Source: an uncultured Candidatus Actinomarina sp.
GTDB taxonomy: Bacteria > Actinomycetota > Acidimicrobiia > Actinomarinales > Actinomarinaceae
Assembly: GCA_902625455.1 (NCBI GenBank)
Contig: CACOBL010000002.1
Span: forward strand, 561 to 64,560
DNA: 64,000 nucleotides
Direction: 5' to 3'
Below, piece by piece: positions 48,818-58,805 of the stretch. The position numbers and the translations under genes were made by a program. A model generated the notes under the pieces. The model saw only the letters and a program-made list of their open reading frames with translations. It made no database searches and was not told the origin of the DNA. How positions within the stretch are numbered: position 1 is the stretch's first letter; each line of letters begins with the position of its first letter.

Positions 48818-49676
48818 CTTCTATCTAGTAAATAAACCTAAAACTTGGACTTCTCAAGATCTCTGTACAAAAATTAAAAAAACTTATAAATTTAGAAAGG
48901 TTGGTCATTCAGGCACTCTTGATCCGAATGCGGAAGGTTTAATGCTTATAGCAACTAATGGTTTTACCAAACTTTTTGACTATATTGAAAACTCTGACAA
49001 GACATACAAAGTAAAAGCTTTGATTGGATATTCATCTCCCACTTTAGATATAGACTCAGAATTTAATAAAATCAGAGATATCCATGTTTCTTCATACAAA
49101 AAAGAAATTGAATCCTTTCTGGTTGGTATTCTTGGAAGTTCTTCTCAAACTCCTCCAATATTCTCTGCAATTAAAGTAAAAGGGAAAAGATTGTATAAAT
49201 ATGCAAGACAAAATAAAGAAGTAGACATCCCAAAAAGAACAATCCATGTAAAAGATACTCAACTTCTAAGCACAGTGGGTTCTGAAATTGAATTCTTAAT
49301 CACAGTTAGTAAAGGAACATATATTAGAAGTATTGTTTATGATTTAGGAAAACACCTTGACACTGAAGCAATAGTTAAAGAATTGGTAAGAACTAAAGTT
49401 GGAAACCATGACATAAATGATCCGGAAGTTGTTATGAACGCTAAATTACTTGATCCGGATTACGTAATGAAACCCATAAATTGGGAGTCATTGTTGACTC
49501 TTCCTCATATAGATTTAGATAAAGAAAGTAATTTATTAATAAAAAATGGCCAATTTTTATCAAATGATTTATTTGAAGAAAAGACAAAACATATAGTCAC
49601 TATTGAAAATGAAATTAAAGCTATTTACGAACCATTTAACGATAAATATTTCAAACCAGATAAAGTGATAATATGA
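48801..49676 (+). CDS. truB: tRNA pseudouridine(55) synthase
   Basis: KVGHSGTLDP, PPIFSAIKVKGKRLY, SKGTYIRS. Confidence 0.95.
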   Translation: MNLSSNFYLVNKPKTWTSQDLCTKIKKTYKFRKVGHSGTLDPNAEGLMLIATNGFTKLFDYIENSDKTYKVKALIGYSSPTLDIDSEFNKIRDIHVSSYKKEIESFLVGILGSSSQTPPIFSAIKVKGKRLYKYARQNKEVDIPKRTIHVKDTQLLSTVGSEIEFLITVSKGTYIRSIVYDLGKHLDTEAIVKELVRTKVGNHDINDPEVVMNAKLLDPDYVMKPINWESLLTLPHIDLDKESNLLIKNGQFLSNDLFEEKTKHIVTIENEIKAIYEPFNDKYFKPDKVII

Positions 49677-50566
49677 AAACTTATTTAAGTTTTAGTAAAG
49701 ATGATTCGATTGAATCTTTAGTTGACGCAACATGTATTGGAGCTTTTGATGGTGTACATAAAGGTCATGTAGAGTTAATTAAAAAAACAAAAGAAATAAG
49801 CGAAAATTTTCAAATTGTAACCTTTAACGTTATACCTAAAATTTATTTTGATAAACAACTTAAACCATTATTGAGCAGTAAACAAAGATCAGATATATTT
49901 AAAAAATATGATCCTGTAAATCTTGTCTATTTAAAATTCGAAGAAATTAATCAAATTTCACCACGAGAATTTCTTAATCTATTAAAACATAATCTCAAAA
50001 CACAAAAAATTGTAGTTGGTAGAGATTTTAAATTTGGTAAAAATAGAAAAGGTGATATACGTACTTTAAAAAATTTCTTTGGAAGCGATAACGTAATAAT
50101 AATTGATGATTTTTATGTCAAAAACGATAAAGTTTCATCTACAAAAATTAGAAACTATTTGAATGAAGGAAATATAGAAAAAGTAAATCTCCTTCTCGGA
50201 AGAGAATATGAAATTTCAGGCAAAGTAGTAAAAGGTCTAAGATTAGGATCAAAATTAGGATTTCCAACTGCGAATATAAAATTTAAACATGATTTTTATT
50301 ATCCAAAACTAGGTGTGTATGAAATAGAGTGTGAGTTAAATAATGAAATACACAAGGGTATTACAAATATTGGCTATACACCAACAGTAGTTGACAGAAA
50401 GGTATTAAAAGTAGAGGCTCATTTATTTAATTTTGACAGAGATATTTATGGTAAAGAAATTAGAATTCGATTGAAAAGCTTTATCAGAGATGAGATAAAA
50501 TTCGATTCTTTAGATGAACTCATAAACCAAATTAAAAAGGATATTGATTCAATAAAGAATAAGTAA
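49673..50566 (+). CDS. ribF: bifunctional riboflavin kinase / FAD synthetase
   Basis: GAFDGVHKGH, GRDFKFG, VSSTKIR, LGFPTAN, VEAH. Confidence 0.94.
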   Translation: MKTYLSFSKDDSIESLVDATCIGAFDGVHKGHVELIKKTKEISENFQIVTFNVIPKIYFDKQLKPLLSSKQRSDIFKKYDPVNLVYLKFEEINQISPREFLNLLKHNLKTQKIVVGRDFKFGKNRKGDIRTLKNFFGSDNVIIIDDFYVKNDKVSSTKIRNYLNEGNIEKVNLLLGREYEISGKVVKGLRLGSKLGFPTANIKFKHDFYYPKLGVYEIECELNNEIHKGITNIGYTPTVVDRKVLKVEAHLFNFDRDIYGKEIRIRLKSFIRDEIKFDSLDELINQIKKDIDSIKNK

Positions 50567-50608
50567 TAATCTTCACTTTAGATATATCGACTACTATTAT
50601 TATCACGA

Positions 50609-50866
50609 ATGAAAACAAAGCAAGATATTATAAAAGAATACGGTAAATCAGAGACTGATACTGGTTCTACAGAAGTTCAAGTTGCTTTGTTAAGTAGTAG
50701 AATTGACCACTTAACTGAACACTTGAAAACACATAAGAAAGATCACCATACAAGAAGAGGTCTTTTAATGTTAGTTGGAAAAAGAAAAAGACTTCTGCAG
50801 TATTTGCAAAACCAGGATGTTCAAAGATATCGTGATATTATAGAGAAACTTGGCTTAAGAAGATAA
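50609..50866 (+). CDS. rpsO: 30S ribosomal protein S15
   Basis: [22 protein letters not shown]. Confidence 0.97.
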   Translation: MKTKQDIIKEYGKSETDTGSTEVQVALLSSRIDHLTEHLKTHKKDHHTRRGLLMLVGKRKRLLQYLQNQDVQRYRDIIEKLGLRR

Positions 50867-50880
50867 AAAATAGACCTTGC

Positions 50881-50923
50881 GTTGTTAATTGAGAGCTTTT
50901 GTCGAAAGCTGACAATTAATAAC
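50881..50923 (+). promoter_or_regulatory. long stem-loop in pnp leader (candidate RNase III processing site)
   Basis: GTTGTTAATTG pairs with CAATTAATAAC; inner AGCTTT pairs with AAAGCT; lies between rpsO and pnp. Confidence 0.6.
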
Positions 50924-50945
50924 CTTGGTCACTGAAAGAGGTTAT

Positions 50946-53249
50946 ATGTCTATAGATAATGTAAAAGTAAGTATTGGAAATTCGGAAATTGGATTTGAAA
51001 CAGGAAAATTAGCTCTACAAGCTCCTGGTTCTGTTGTTGTTACATCTGGAGATACCAATGTATTAGTAACAACCGTTGCTAACAAATCAGTTAGGGATGG
51101 TATAGACTTCTTTCCATTAACTGTTGATGTTGAGGAGAGAATGTACTCCGCGGGAAAAATTCCCGGAGGATTTTTTAGAAGAGAAGGTAGGCAAACAGAA
51201 AAAGCTATTTTGGCATGCCGTCTAATTGATAGACCACTAAGACCATCCTTTAAAGATGGATTTAGATGCGAAACACAAATTATTGCAACTGTTTTAAGCG
51301 TTGATAATGAGAATGAGTATGATATTTTAGCTCTTAATGCAGCTTCACTCGGTTTACAATTAGCTGGAGTACCACTTGAATCAGCAGTTGGAGCAGTGAG
51401 AATGTCATTAATTAATGACAACTGGGTTGTTCAAGCAACAAATTCAGAGTTAGAAGAATCGGTATTTGATATGGTTGTTGCAGGAAGTTTAAACAGTAGT
51501 GGCGAAGTAGATATCGTTATGGTTGAAGCTGGTGCTACAGATAATGCACTTTCAATGATAGAAGAAGGAAGCATTGCTCCTTCAGAAAATATTGTTGCTG
51601 ACGGTATCGATTCATCAAAAGAATATATTGCAAAATTAATAGAAGCTCAAAAAGAGCTAGTTGCAAAAAGGGAAGTTCCTCAAGTGGAATGGCCTATTGT
51701 TGAAGATTTTTCTGAAGAATTGAAAAATCAAATTAATGAAGAGTTTGGTTCTGATATTGAATCAGCAACAGCCTTAACAGATAGAGCTGAAAGAAGTGAA
51801 AAGCAAAATCAGCTTGAAGAACAAGTTATTGAGAAATACCTTAGTGAAGATGAGGATAATACAAAAGCAATTAAATTGGCCTTCAAATCAATTGTTAAAA
51901 ATACTGTAAGAGATAGAGTATTATCTGGAGGATCAAGACTAGATGGAAGAACTCCTACAGATATAAGAAATATCTCTGCGGAGATAAATTTACTTCCAAC
52001 AGTACATGGTTCATCTTTATTTTTAAGAGGTGAAACTCAAGTATTAAATGTAACAACATTAGGCATGTCTAGATTAGAGCAGATGCTAGATACCATTGAT
52101 ACGGTTACATCAAAAAGATATATGCATCATTATAACTTTCCGCCTTATTCAACTGGGGAAGCTTATCCAATGAGAGGACCAAAAAGAAGAGAAATAGGTC
52201 ACGGTGCATTAGCTGAAAAAGCTTTAGTACCTGTAATTCCACCTAAAGTAGATTTCCCATACACAATTAGAGTTGTTAGTGAGGCAATCTCATCTAACGG
52301 ATCTACATCACAAGCATCAGTTTGTGCATCTAGTTTATCCTTGATGGCTGCTGGTGTTCCAATTAGAGAGCATGTTGCAGGAATAGCTATGGGCTTAATT
52401 TCAAAAGATGATAATTATGTAACCTTAACAGATATTTTGGGAGCTGAAGATGCTCTTGGTGATATGGACTTTAAAGTGGCTGGGACTAGAAATGTAATAA
52501 CTGCATTGCAATTAGATATGAAAATAGAAGGACTTCCAGCTGACGTATTAAGAAAAGCGTTAAACCAAGCTATGGATGCTAGGCATCACATTCTTGATAT
52601 TATGGAAGACACCATAGCTCAACCAGCAGAGAATCTTTCTGGAAATGCACCTAGATTAGAAAATATTGAATTACCAAAAGACAAAATTGGTGAAGTAATT
52701 GGACCAAAAGGTAAAAATATTAGAAAAATTGAAGAAGAAACAGGTTGTTCTGTTGAAATTGACGATGATGGTATCTTAACTTTAGGTTCTACTGAGGAAG
52801 AAGCAATAGCAGCTGGTAAAGAAATGGTCATGTTGATTATTGATCCACCAGAAGCAGAAGTTGGAGCACAGTATGATGGTGAAGTAGTTAGCGTTGCTAC
52901 ATACGGAGCATTTGTTAATATCCTTCCTGGTAGAGACGGTTTATTACATGTTTCTAAATTTCATTCAACTAAAAGAGTTAATAACACAGAAGCTGTTGTT
53001 TCAGTAGGGGACAAGATTAAAGTCAATGTTGATTCAATTGAGAATGGTAAAGTAAGCCTTTCTCCAGTTGAGGACTTAGAAATTCCCGAAGAGGCTGAGG
53101 GTGGAGAGTCTAAAAACTCAAGAGACAGAAAACCTTCTAGATCAAGAAATAATAATAGAAACGGTAGAGATAAAAAGCATGGTGGCAATAAAAAATCTTC
53201 AAATAGAAAGAGAGTATCTTTTGAAGATGAATTTGAAAAAGGTCTCTAG
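50946..53249 (+). CDS. pnp: polyribonucleotide nucleotidyltransferase (PNPase)
   Basis: DFFPLTVD, RLIDRPLRP, RREIGHGALAE, GDMDFKVAG, KH and S1 domains; start placed at ATG 50946. Confidence 0.97.
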   Translation: MSIDNVKVSIGNSEIGFETGKLALQAPGSVVVTSGDTNVLVTTVANKSVRDGIDFFPLTVDVEERMYSAGKIPGGFFRREGRQTEKAILACRLIDRPLRPSFKDGFRCETQIIATVLSVDNENEYDILALNAASLGLQLAGVPLESAVGAVRMSLINDNWVVQATNSELEESVFDMVVAGSLNSSGEVDIVMVEAGATDNALSMIEEGSIAPSENIVADGIDSSKEYIAKLIEAQKELVAKREVPQVEWPIVEDFSEELKNQINEEFGSDIESATALTDRAERSEKQNQLEEQVIEKYLSEDEDNTKAIKLAFKSIVKNTVRDRVLSGGSRLDGRTPTDIRNISAEINLLPTVHGSSLFLRGETQVLNVTTLGMSRLEQMLDTIDTVTSKRYMHHYNFPPYSTGEAYPMRGPKRREIGHGALAEKALVPVIPPKVDFPYTIRVVSEAISSNGSTSQASVCASSLSLMAAGVPIREHVAGIAMGLISKDDNYVTLTDILGAEDALGDMDFKVAGTRNVITALQLDMKIEGLPADVLRKALNQAMDARHHILDIMEDTIAQPAENLSGNAPRLENIELPKDKIGEVIGPKGKNIRKIEEETGCSVEIDDDGILTLGSTEEEAIAAGKEMVMLIIDPPEAEVGAQYDGEVVSVATYGAFVNILPGRDGLLHVSKFHSTKRVNNTEAVVSVGDKIKVNVDSIENGKVSLSPVEDLEIPEEAEGGESKNSRDRKPSRSRNNNRNGRDKKHGGNKKSSNRKRVSFEDEFEKGL

Positions 53250-53250
53250 A

Positions 53251-53766
53251 CTACTTTCTGTTTCCAGTTAATGTTGTAGGATTTGTTGGTTCGGTAGTAA
53301 CGTAAGCATCTGGATTAATTTCTGATACTATTTTTAGAACTTCTTTTAATCTTTTTCTTGGTGTAACGCACCATGTAATACTGACTTCACCCTGCAAGCC
53401 TTCCCCATTAACAATTGTGACTCCAAAACCCTTTTCTCTCAATTCTTTAGCAACCCCCATACTTTCAGTATCTTTTGGAGCAAAAATTCTCACAACAATG
53501 TCGCCAATTGCAATTGTATTTTCTATGTAAGACCCCATGATTGTTCCGGATGCAAAACCTAGTGCATATCCAAAAATTAAAAATGGATCATTTAAATCTT
53601 GAATTACCTGAGATATCGCTACTACCCAAATTGCTGATTCAATGAATCCCATCACAGCTCCAAATACTGGCTTACCTTTATTGACATATAGCACTCTTAA
53701 AGTACCTAATGTTTGATCTAATAACCTTAGAAAGAAAATTGAAAGTGCTGCTAGTAAGATGTCCAT
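53251..53766 (-). CDS. DUF2179/UPF0316-type membrane protein
   Basis: LGTLR, GF.E..IW, YALGFA.G, then C-terminal LRE.GFGVT..GEG..G and PDAY. Confidence 0.75.
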   Translation of the reverse strand: MDILLAALSIFFLRLLDQTLGTLRVLYVNKGKPVFGAVMGFIESAIWVVAISQVIQDLNDPFLIFGYALGFASGTIMGSYIENTIAIGDIVVRIFAPKDTESMGVAKELREKGFGVTIVNGEGLQGEVSITWCVTPRKRLKEVLKIVSEINPDAYVTTEPTNPTTLTGNRK

Positions 53767-53787
53767 ATTCGTATTGTACGATTTATA

Positions 53788-54519
53788 TTATTTTATTGTG
53801 TCAGTTAATTCTTTATAAACTTTAGACATTTTTTCATATGTCTCTTCAACTAATTCATCGATAGTATCTTTGGTATACTTTGTAATATCAATAGGCTCAA
53901 GTGTGTTAATAATCGCTTTACCACTTTTCATAAATTTTTCACCTCTAGGCCAAATATCACCTGTCCCGGCAATAACAACTGGAAGGATTGGAATATTGTT
54001 ATCAAGAGCAATATGAAAAGCTCCGCTTTTAAAAGGTAAAAAGTTTTCTTTTTTTGCTCGAGTGCCTTGAGGGTAAACCATAATGGACCAGCCGTTTTTG
54101 AATAGTGTTTTTGCTTGTTCGTTTATACTTTTACGATCATTTTTGTCGGATCTGTCAACTTTTATAAAATTAAACGATTTTGCTGCTGTTCTAAAAAAAG
54201 GTAGTTTGTAAACTTCTTTTTTTGCCATAAATACCCATTTAATTTTTAAATATCTAAATTGCATCATTGGATCTAAATTTGATAAATGATTAGAGATTAC
54301 AACATAGGGTTGATTTTTTTTATAATCATAATTCTTTATTAAAGTAACTTTAGATCTTGCTGCCCACATCCATGGTATTGTCCAACTTTGGGCAATATAG
54401 TATTTTAATTTCGTAAATTTATCAAATAAACCTACAAACCAAATTGAATAGGCAACTGGTATGGTGTAAATGCCCATAATCAATAGATTTATCCATGTGA
54501 GTAATTTGTTCTTCAACAT
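53788..54519 (-). CDS. plsC: 1-acyl-sn-glycerol-3-phosphate acyltransferase (alternative start 54543)
   Basis: NHLSNLD, AKKE, YPQGTR, FKSGAF, PILPV. Confidence 0.88.
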   Translation of the reverse strand: MLKNKLLTWINLLIMGIYTIPVAYSIWFVGLFDKFTKLKYYIAQSWTIPWMWAARSKVTLIKNYDYKKNQPYVVISNHLSNLDPMMQFRYLKIKWVFMAKKEVYKLPFFRTAAKSFNFIKVDRSDKNDRKSINEQAKTLFKNGWSIMVYPQGTRAKKENFLPFKSGAFHIALDNNIPILPVVIAGTGDIWPRGEKFMKSGKAIINTLEPIDITKYTKDTIDELVEETYEKMSKVYKELTDTIK

Positions 54520-54557
54520 GGTGTAAGTGTAATGTAGAATCATTTACATAATAAATT

Positions 54558-55070
54558 ATGTTAGAAAAAATAGAATTAAGGAAGAAACTAAAAAATATTT
54601 CATTGGTCAATGATGAATACTCTCACTTAGTTATTGATAAGTTGCAGAATATAATTAAAGATAAAATTGTTTGTACTTACCTACCACTAGAAAATGAAAT
54701 CAACATCAATATGCACCTGAAAGGACAATCAGTATTGTCTACTACTTGTTTACAAGATGAAGAAATAAAGATTTGTATTTATGAAGAACCATTTGAAAAA
54801 AATAGCTTTAATGTTTTTCAACCTGTTAATTTAAAAATTATTAACAACGTTGATATATTTTTGGTACCTGGAGTTGGATTTGATAAAAAAGGTACTAGGC
54901 TTGGCAAGGGTAGGGGTATTTATGATCAGCTACTTTCTAATTATTTGGATTCAATTTTTATTGGGGTTACAGATAATAACCATATACTGGATTATATTCC
55001 TTTAGAAAATCATGATATTCAAATGCACAGTTTGTTAACTCATGATGAATTTATTGATATTAATTTATAG
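54558..55070 (+). CDS. 5-formyltetrahydrofolate cyclo-ligase
   Basis: VPGVGFD..G.RLG.G.G.YD and E.HD. Confidence 0.85.
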   Translation: MLEKIELRKKLKNISLVNDEYSHLVIDKLQNIIKDKIVCTYLPLENEININMHLKGQSVLSTTCLQDEEIKICIYEEPFEKNSFNVFQPVNLKIINNVDIFLVPGVGFDKKGTRLGKGRGIYDQLLSNYLDSIFIGVTDNNHILDYIPLENHDIQMHSLLTHDEFIDINL

Positions 55071-55082
55071 TATCCTTTACAT

Positions 55083-56123
55083 ATGGAAGTAAGCGTAAAT
55101 GTTGGTTATTTTGGTCCACATATTTCAAGTGAAAAAAACTTAATTAAAGAATTAGATGAAATAGGAATATCGTGTATTTGGACAGCAGAAGCATATGGAT
55201 ATGATGCGGTTACTCCACTTTCATATTTTGCTGCATTAACAGATAATATCAAATTAGGTTCCGGCATCATGCAAATTCCTGGAAGATCTCCCGCAATGAC
55301 AGCAATGACAGCTGTTACTATTGATAAACTTTCAGGTGGTAGATTTAGATTGGGGATTGGTGTTTCTGGGCCACAAGTTGTAGAAGGTTGGCATGGGGTT
55401 GCTTATGGAAAGCCATTAAAAAAGACTCGAGAATATGTACAAATAGTTAAAGACATTTTACAAAGAGATGGAAAGACTTCTTTTGAAGGTGAGTTCTACA
55501 ACCTACCTTACAATGGCATTGACGCATCTGGTTTAGGAAAACCATTAAAACTAATTGAAGAACCTCTTAGAAGCGATATTCCAATATATCTTGCAGCTAT
55601 AGGACCTAAAAATATTCAACTAACTGCCGAGATTGCTGACGGATGGCTTCCTTTCATGTATTCACCAACACTTGGAGATAAATTTTTTAATCAATTTTTA
55701 GAAAAAGGTTTTGAAAAATCTGGTGATCCAAATAAAAAAGATAAATTTAACATATCCGCTCCTGTTTTTGCAAAGATATGCGACGAATCTGAAAGAAATA
55801 TATATCTTGCACCTGCCAGAAATAATTACACACTGTATGTTGGCGGAATGGGTGCAAAAGACAAAAACTTTTACTTCAATTTGATGTGTGAATATGGTTA
55901 CGAAGAAATTGCTACACAAATTCAGGAATTGTATTTAAAAGGAGAAAAAGCAGAAGCTGAGTCAATTTTTCCTGAAGAATTGTTAAATGACTTAACTCTT
56001 GTTGGCTCTAAAGAACGAATAAAAGAAAAACTTGAAGACTGGAAGAACTGTAACGTTACTGAACTGTCTGTAGCAATACCATTAGACATAGATACTATAA
56101 AATTTATCAAAAGTTGTTTGTAA
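55083..56123 (+). CDS. LLM-class F420-dependent oxidoreductase
   Basis: WTAEAYGYDA, RSPAMTAMTA, SGGRF.LG.G.SGPQVVEGWHG, AEIADGW. Confidence 0.9.
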   Translation: MEVSVNVGYFGPHISSEKNLIKELDEIGISCIWTAEAYGYDAVTPLSYFAALTDNIKLGSGIMQIPGRSPAMTAMTAVTIDKLSGGRFRLGIGVSGPQVVEGWHGVAYGKPLKKTREYVQIVKDILQRDGKTSFEGEFYNLPYNGIDASGLGKPLKLIEEPLRSDIPIYLAAIGPKNIQLTAEIADGWLPFMYSPTLGDKFFNQFLEKGFEKSGDPNKKDKFNISAPVFAKICDESERNIYLAPARNNYTLYVGGMGAKDKNFYFNLMCEYGYEEIATQIQELYLKGEKAEAESIFPEELLNDLTLVGSKERIKEKLEDWKNCNVTELSVAIPLDIDTIKFIKSCL

Positions 56124-56633
56124 ATGAATGATCTAACACCAGAAAATATTAATGTAGCAACTTGGAAGATTCCTAGTCCGTTAGGCATAATTGGAAGCCA
56201 TGCCAATGGAGAGTTTAACGGTATGACTGCAAGTTGGATAACCCAAGTAAGTATGGACCCACCTTTGATAGGTGTAGGCATAGATAATAAAAGTGTAACT
56301 TTTAATTTAATGAATCAAAGTGAATTTTTTTCTATCAACATGTTTTCACCTGACTACACAAAAGTTTTTGTTAAATTTTCTAAACCTGCAGAGTATTCAG
56401 AAGGGTATTTGAACAAAGAACCAATTACCTTAACTGAAAATTCAGTTCCAATATTCGATAATGCAACTGTTTGGTTAGAACTTAAAACCGAACAAAAAAT
56501 TAATTTTGGTACTCATACTTTTTTTGTTGGTGAAATTATTAATTGTAAATCATTATTACCTGAAGAAAGAGTCGCATACATGGGGGATACACGCATGAAG
56601 TACGGGGGCGTTCCAAGAGGAGGGCACGAATAA
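56124..56633 (+). CDS. flavin reductase family protein
   Basis: NGMTASW.TQVS.DPP, GTHTFFVGE. Confidence 0.85.
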   Translation: MNDLTPENINVATWKIPSPLGIIGSHANGEFNGMTASWITQVSMDPPLIGVGIDNKSVTFNLMNQSEFFSINMFSPDYTKVFVKFSKPAEYSEGYLNKEPITLTENSVPIFDNATVWLELKTEQKINFGTHTFFVGEIINCKSLLPEERVAYMGDTRMKYGGVPRGGHE

Positions 56634-56637
56634 GTAG

Positions 56638-57336
56638 GTGAAGAAATATTTTTATTTATTGATTTCAAATATTTCTTTATTTGTTATTTTTCCACTTATT
56701 CGATTAATAAGTAAATCTTTTTATGAAAAAAAGATACTACCGTTTGTACTCAATTTAACATGCAATTCAAAGCCAATAGACTATCAAAGAAAAAAGGTTA
56801 TTCCTGAAGCAAGCGGTAAAGTCTTAGAGATAGGAATAGGACCTGGATCAAATCTAAAACATTATGATAATCAAAAAGTAACAAGCATTTTAGGTATTGA
56901 TCCTTCAAAAGAGTTAAATCAAATTGCAAAAAAAAGAGCAGAGAAAAATAACTTAAATGTTGAATTCTTAATTGAATCTGCAAGTAGTATATCAGTCGAA
57001 AGTAATTCTATTGATACCGTGGTAAGCACTTATGCATTGTGCTCTATTCCAGAACCTGAAAAAACACTAAATGAAATTAAAAGAGTTCTAAAGAATGACG
57101 GAATATTTATATTTAGTGAACATGGGTTATCTCCCAACAAAAGGATTTCATTTATTCAAAACATAACTGATTTCTTTTATCCTCAAATTGCTGGCGGCTG
57201 TCATACGAATAGAAATATTGAAAAATTAATTACAGATAATGGATTTCAATTTTTAGATTTAAACAATATATATCTTCCTGGAACTCAAAAATTTTTAGGT
57301 TACAACTATTGGGGTAAGGCAAAAATCAGCTCTTAG
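56638..57336 (+). CDS. class I SAM-dependent methyltransferase
   Basis: VLEIGIGPG, GIDP, DTVV..LCSI, EHG, GGC..NR. Confidence 0.85.
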   Translation: MKKYFYLLISNISLFVIFPLIRLISKSFYEKKILPFVLNLTCNSKPIDYQRKKVIPEASGKVLEIGIGPGSNLKHYDNQKVTSILGIDPSKELNQIAKKRAEKNNLNVEFLIESASSISVESNSIDTVVSTYALCSIPEPEKTLNEIKRVLKNDGIFIFSEHGLSPNKRISFIQNITDFFYPQIAGGCHTNRNIEKLITDNGFQFLDLNNIYLPGTQKFLGYNYWGKAKISS

Positions 57337-58225
57337 TAACAGCTAATATTGCCTCGACACACTCTTTCGGATTATCTTCTTGGACAAAGTGCCCACCTTG
57401 AATTGTCTTGTGTGGTTGATTTTCACAACCAGGAACAACTTTGGTAAATGCTTTATCAACACCTTTAAATATATGATCTTGTTCACTGAAAACACATAAA
57501 AAAGGTTTATCCCATTTTTTTAATTCTTTCCATGCATTTCTGTTGTATTCAGAACTTGGATCATCTGGTGTTACGGGTACTATCATTGGAAATTGTCTTG
57601 CTGCTTCTTTATATGAATCATCTGGAAATGGTGCGTTGTAAGCATCGATTACGTGTTGTTCTAGACCATTAACAGTTCCACCTTTTACAATTCCCCCAGC
57701 ATGGAAATTCTCAACTGTTTGTGCATAATTTTTCCAGCTTTCAAATGCTTCACCTGGTGACACATCACCTGTAGGTAACCCAGTATTACTTAAAACTACG
57801 CTACTAAAATTTTTCTGATTATCTACTACAAGTCTTAAACCTATTAATCCTCCCCAGTCTTGTCCAAACAGAGTTATGTTGTTTAAATTCAAATCTCGCA
57901 ACCAAGCATTCATCCATGCTACGTATTTTTCATATGTATAAGCTGTTCTTTCAGACAGCTTGTCTGACTTCCCAAAACCAGGCAGATCAGGCACAATTAC
58001 TCTTAAATTATTCTCAACTAGAGGATTTATAAATTTCCTATAAATATACCCCCAGTCAGGTTCTCCGTGAAGCAAAAGTACGGTTTTATTATTTTCTGAC
58101 CCTTCGTCAACATAATGAATTCTTAAATCTCCATATTCCGAATTTAATGTGTAGAAATGTTCTTTGTAATCCCATTCTTTAATGCCTTCGAAATCTGAAG
58201 GGTTGTTTTGTAGTATTTTTACCAT
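57326..58225 (-). CDS. haloalkane dehalogenase
   Basis: HYVDEG, LHGEPDW, PDL.GFGKSDK, nucleophile QDWGG, GHFVQED. Confidence 0.85.
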   Translation of the reverse strand: MVKILQNNPSDFEGIKEWDYKEHFYTLNSEYGDLRIHYVDEGSENNKTVLLLHGEPDWGYIYRKFINPLVENNLRVIVPDLPGFGKSDKLSERTAYTYEKYVAWMNAWLRDLNLNNITLFGQDWGGLIGLRLVVDNQKNFSSVVLSNTGLPTGDVSPGEAFESWKNYAQTVENFHAGGIVKGGTVNGLEQHVIDAYNAPFPDDSYKEAARQFPMIVPVTPDDPSSEYNRNAWKELKKWDKPFLCVFSEQDHIFKGVDKAFTKVVPGCENQPHKTIQGGHFVQEDNPKECVEAILAVTKS

Positions 58226-58234
58226 ACTTTTATT

Positions 58235-58750
58235 TTACAGATTATGAATAACGTTTGTTACAACACCCCAAACAAATGCTTCACTCTCGTCTGCAATGAA
58301 AATTGGATCAAACGCTTCGTTTTCCGGTTCTAAGATGATTCTTTTACCTTTTTTACGATATCTTTTCACTGTAAGTTCATTGTCTACAACAGCAATGACT
58401 ACTTTTCCGTCTTCAGCTTTTAAGCTTCTATCTACTACTAAGATATCGTCTGGAAATATACCAGCATTAATCATGGACTCTCCAGATGCTCTTACCAAAA
58501 ATGTTGATGCAGGATGTTTAACCAAATATTGATTTAAATCTATTTTGTCTTCTAAATAGTCGTCTGCAGGGGATGGGAACCCTGCAGCAACCTTATTGCT
58601 ATAAATCGGCACTTCATATAAACCTTTGTTGATGACCTCAGAGATATACTTAACCTTACTTATAGGAATACGGACAGCTTTTGTCTGCTCTCCATACTTG
58701 CCTTGACCTTTTGGTCTACCAGCTCCTTTTCTTACTCCACCTCTTGGCAT
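58235..58750 (-). CDS. umuD: UmuD-like S24 autopeptidase with N-terminal basic extension
   Basis: V.AGFPSPA.DY cleavage motif, GESM (Ser), TVKR (Lys), WGVV. Confidence 0.88.
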   Translation of the reverse strand: MPRGGVRKGAGRPKGQGKYGEQTKAVRIPISKVKYISEVINKGLYEVPIYSNKVAAGFPSPADDYLEDKIDLNQYLVKHPASTFLVRASGESMINAGIFPDDILVVDRSLKAEDGKVVIAVVDNELTVKRYRKKGKRIILEPENEAFDPIFIADESEAFVWGVVTNVIHNL

Positions 58751-58773
58751 AAAAATGTCTTTCTTTTTTCTTA

Positions 58774-58791
58774 GAATAGTGTACAGTATTC
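58774..58791. promoter_or_regulatory. 18-bp near-perfect palindrome, candidate operator
   Basis: GAATAGTGTACAGTATTC (one mismatched pair) in the 55-bp divergent umuD/umuC spacer. Confidence 0.6.
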
Positions 58792-58805
58792 AAAGGAGTA
58801 AGTAA

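Noticed and set aside
53090..53249. Low-complexity Arg/Asn/Lys-rich PNPase tail (and the acidic tails of S16 and NusA)
   Set aside because: Disordered tails are common on these proteins and there is no DNA-level repeat
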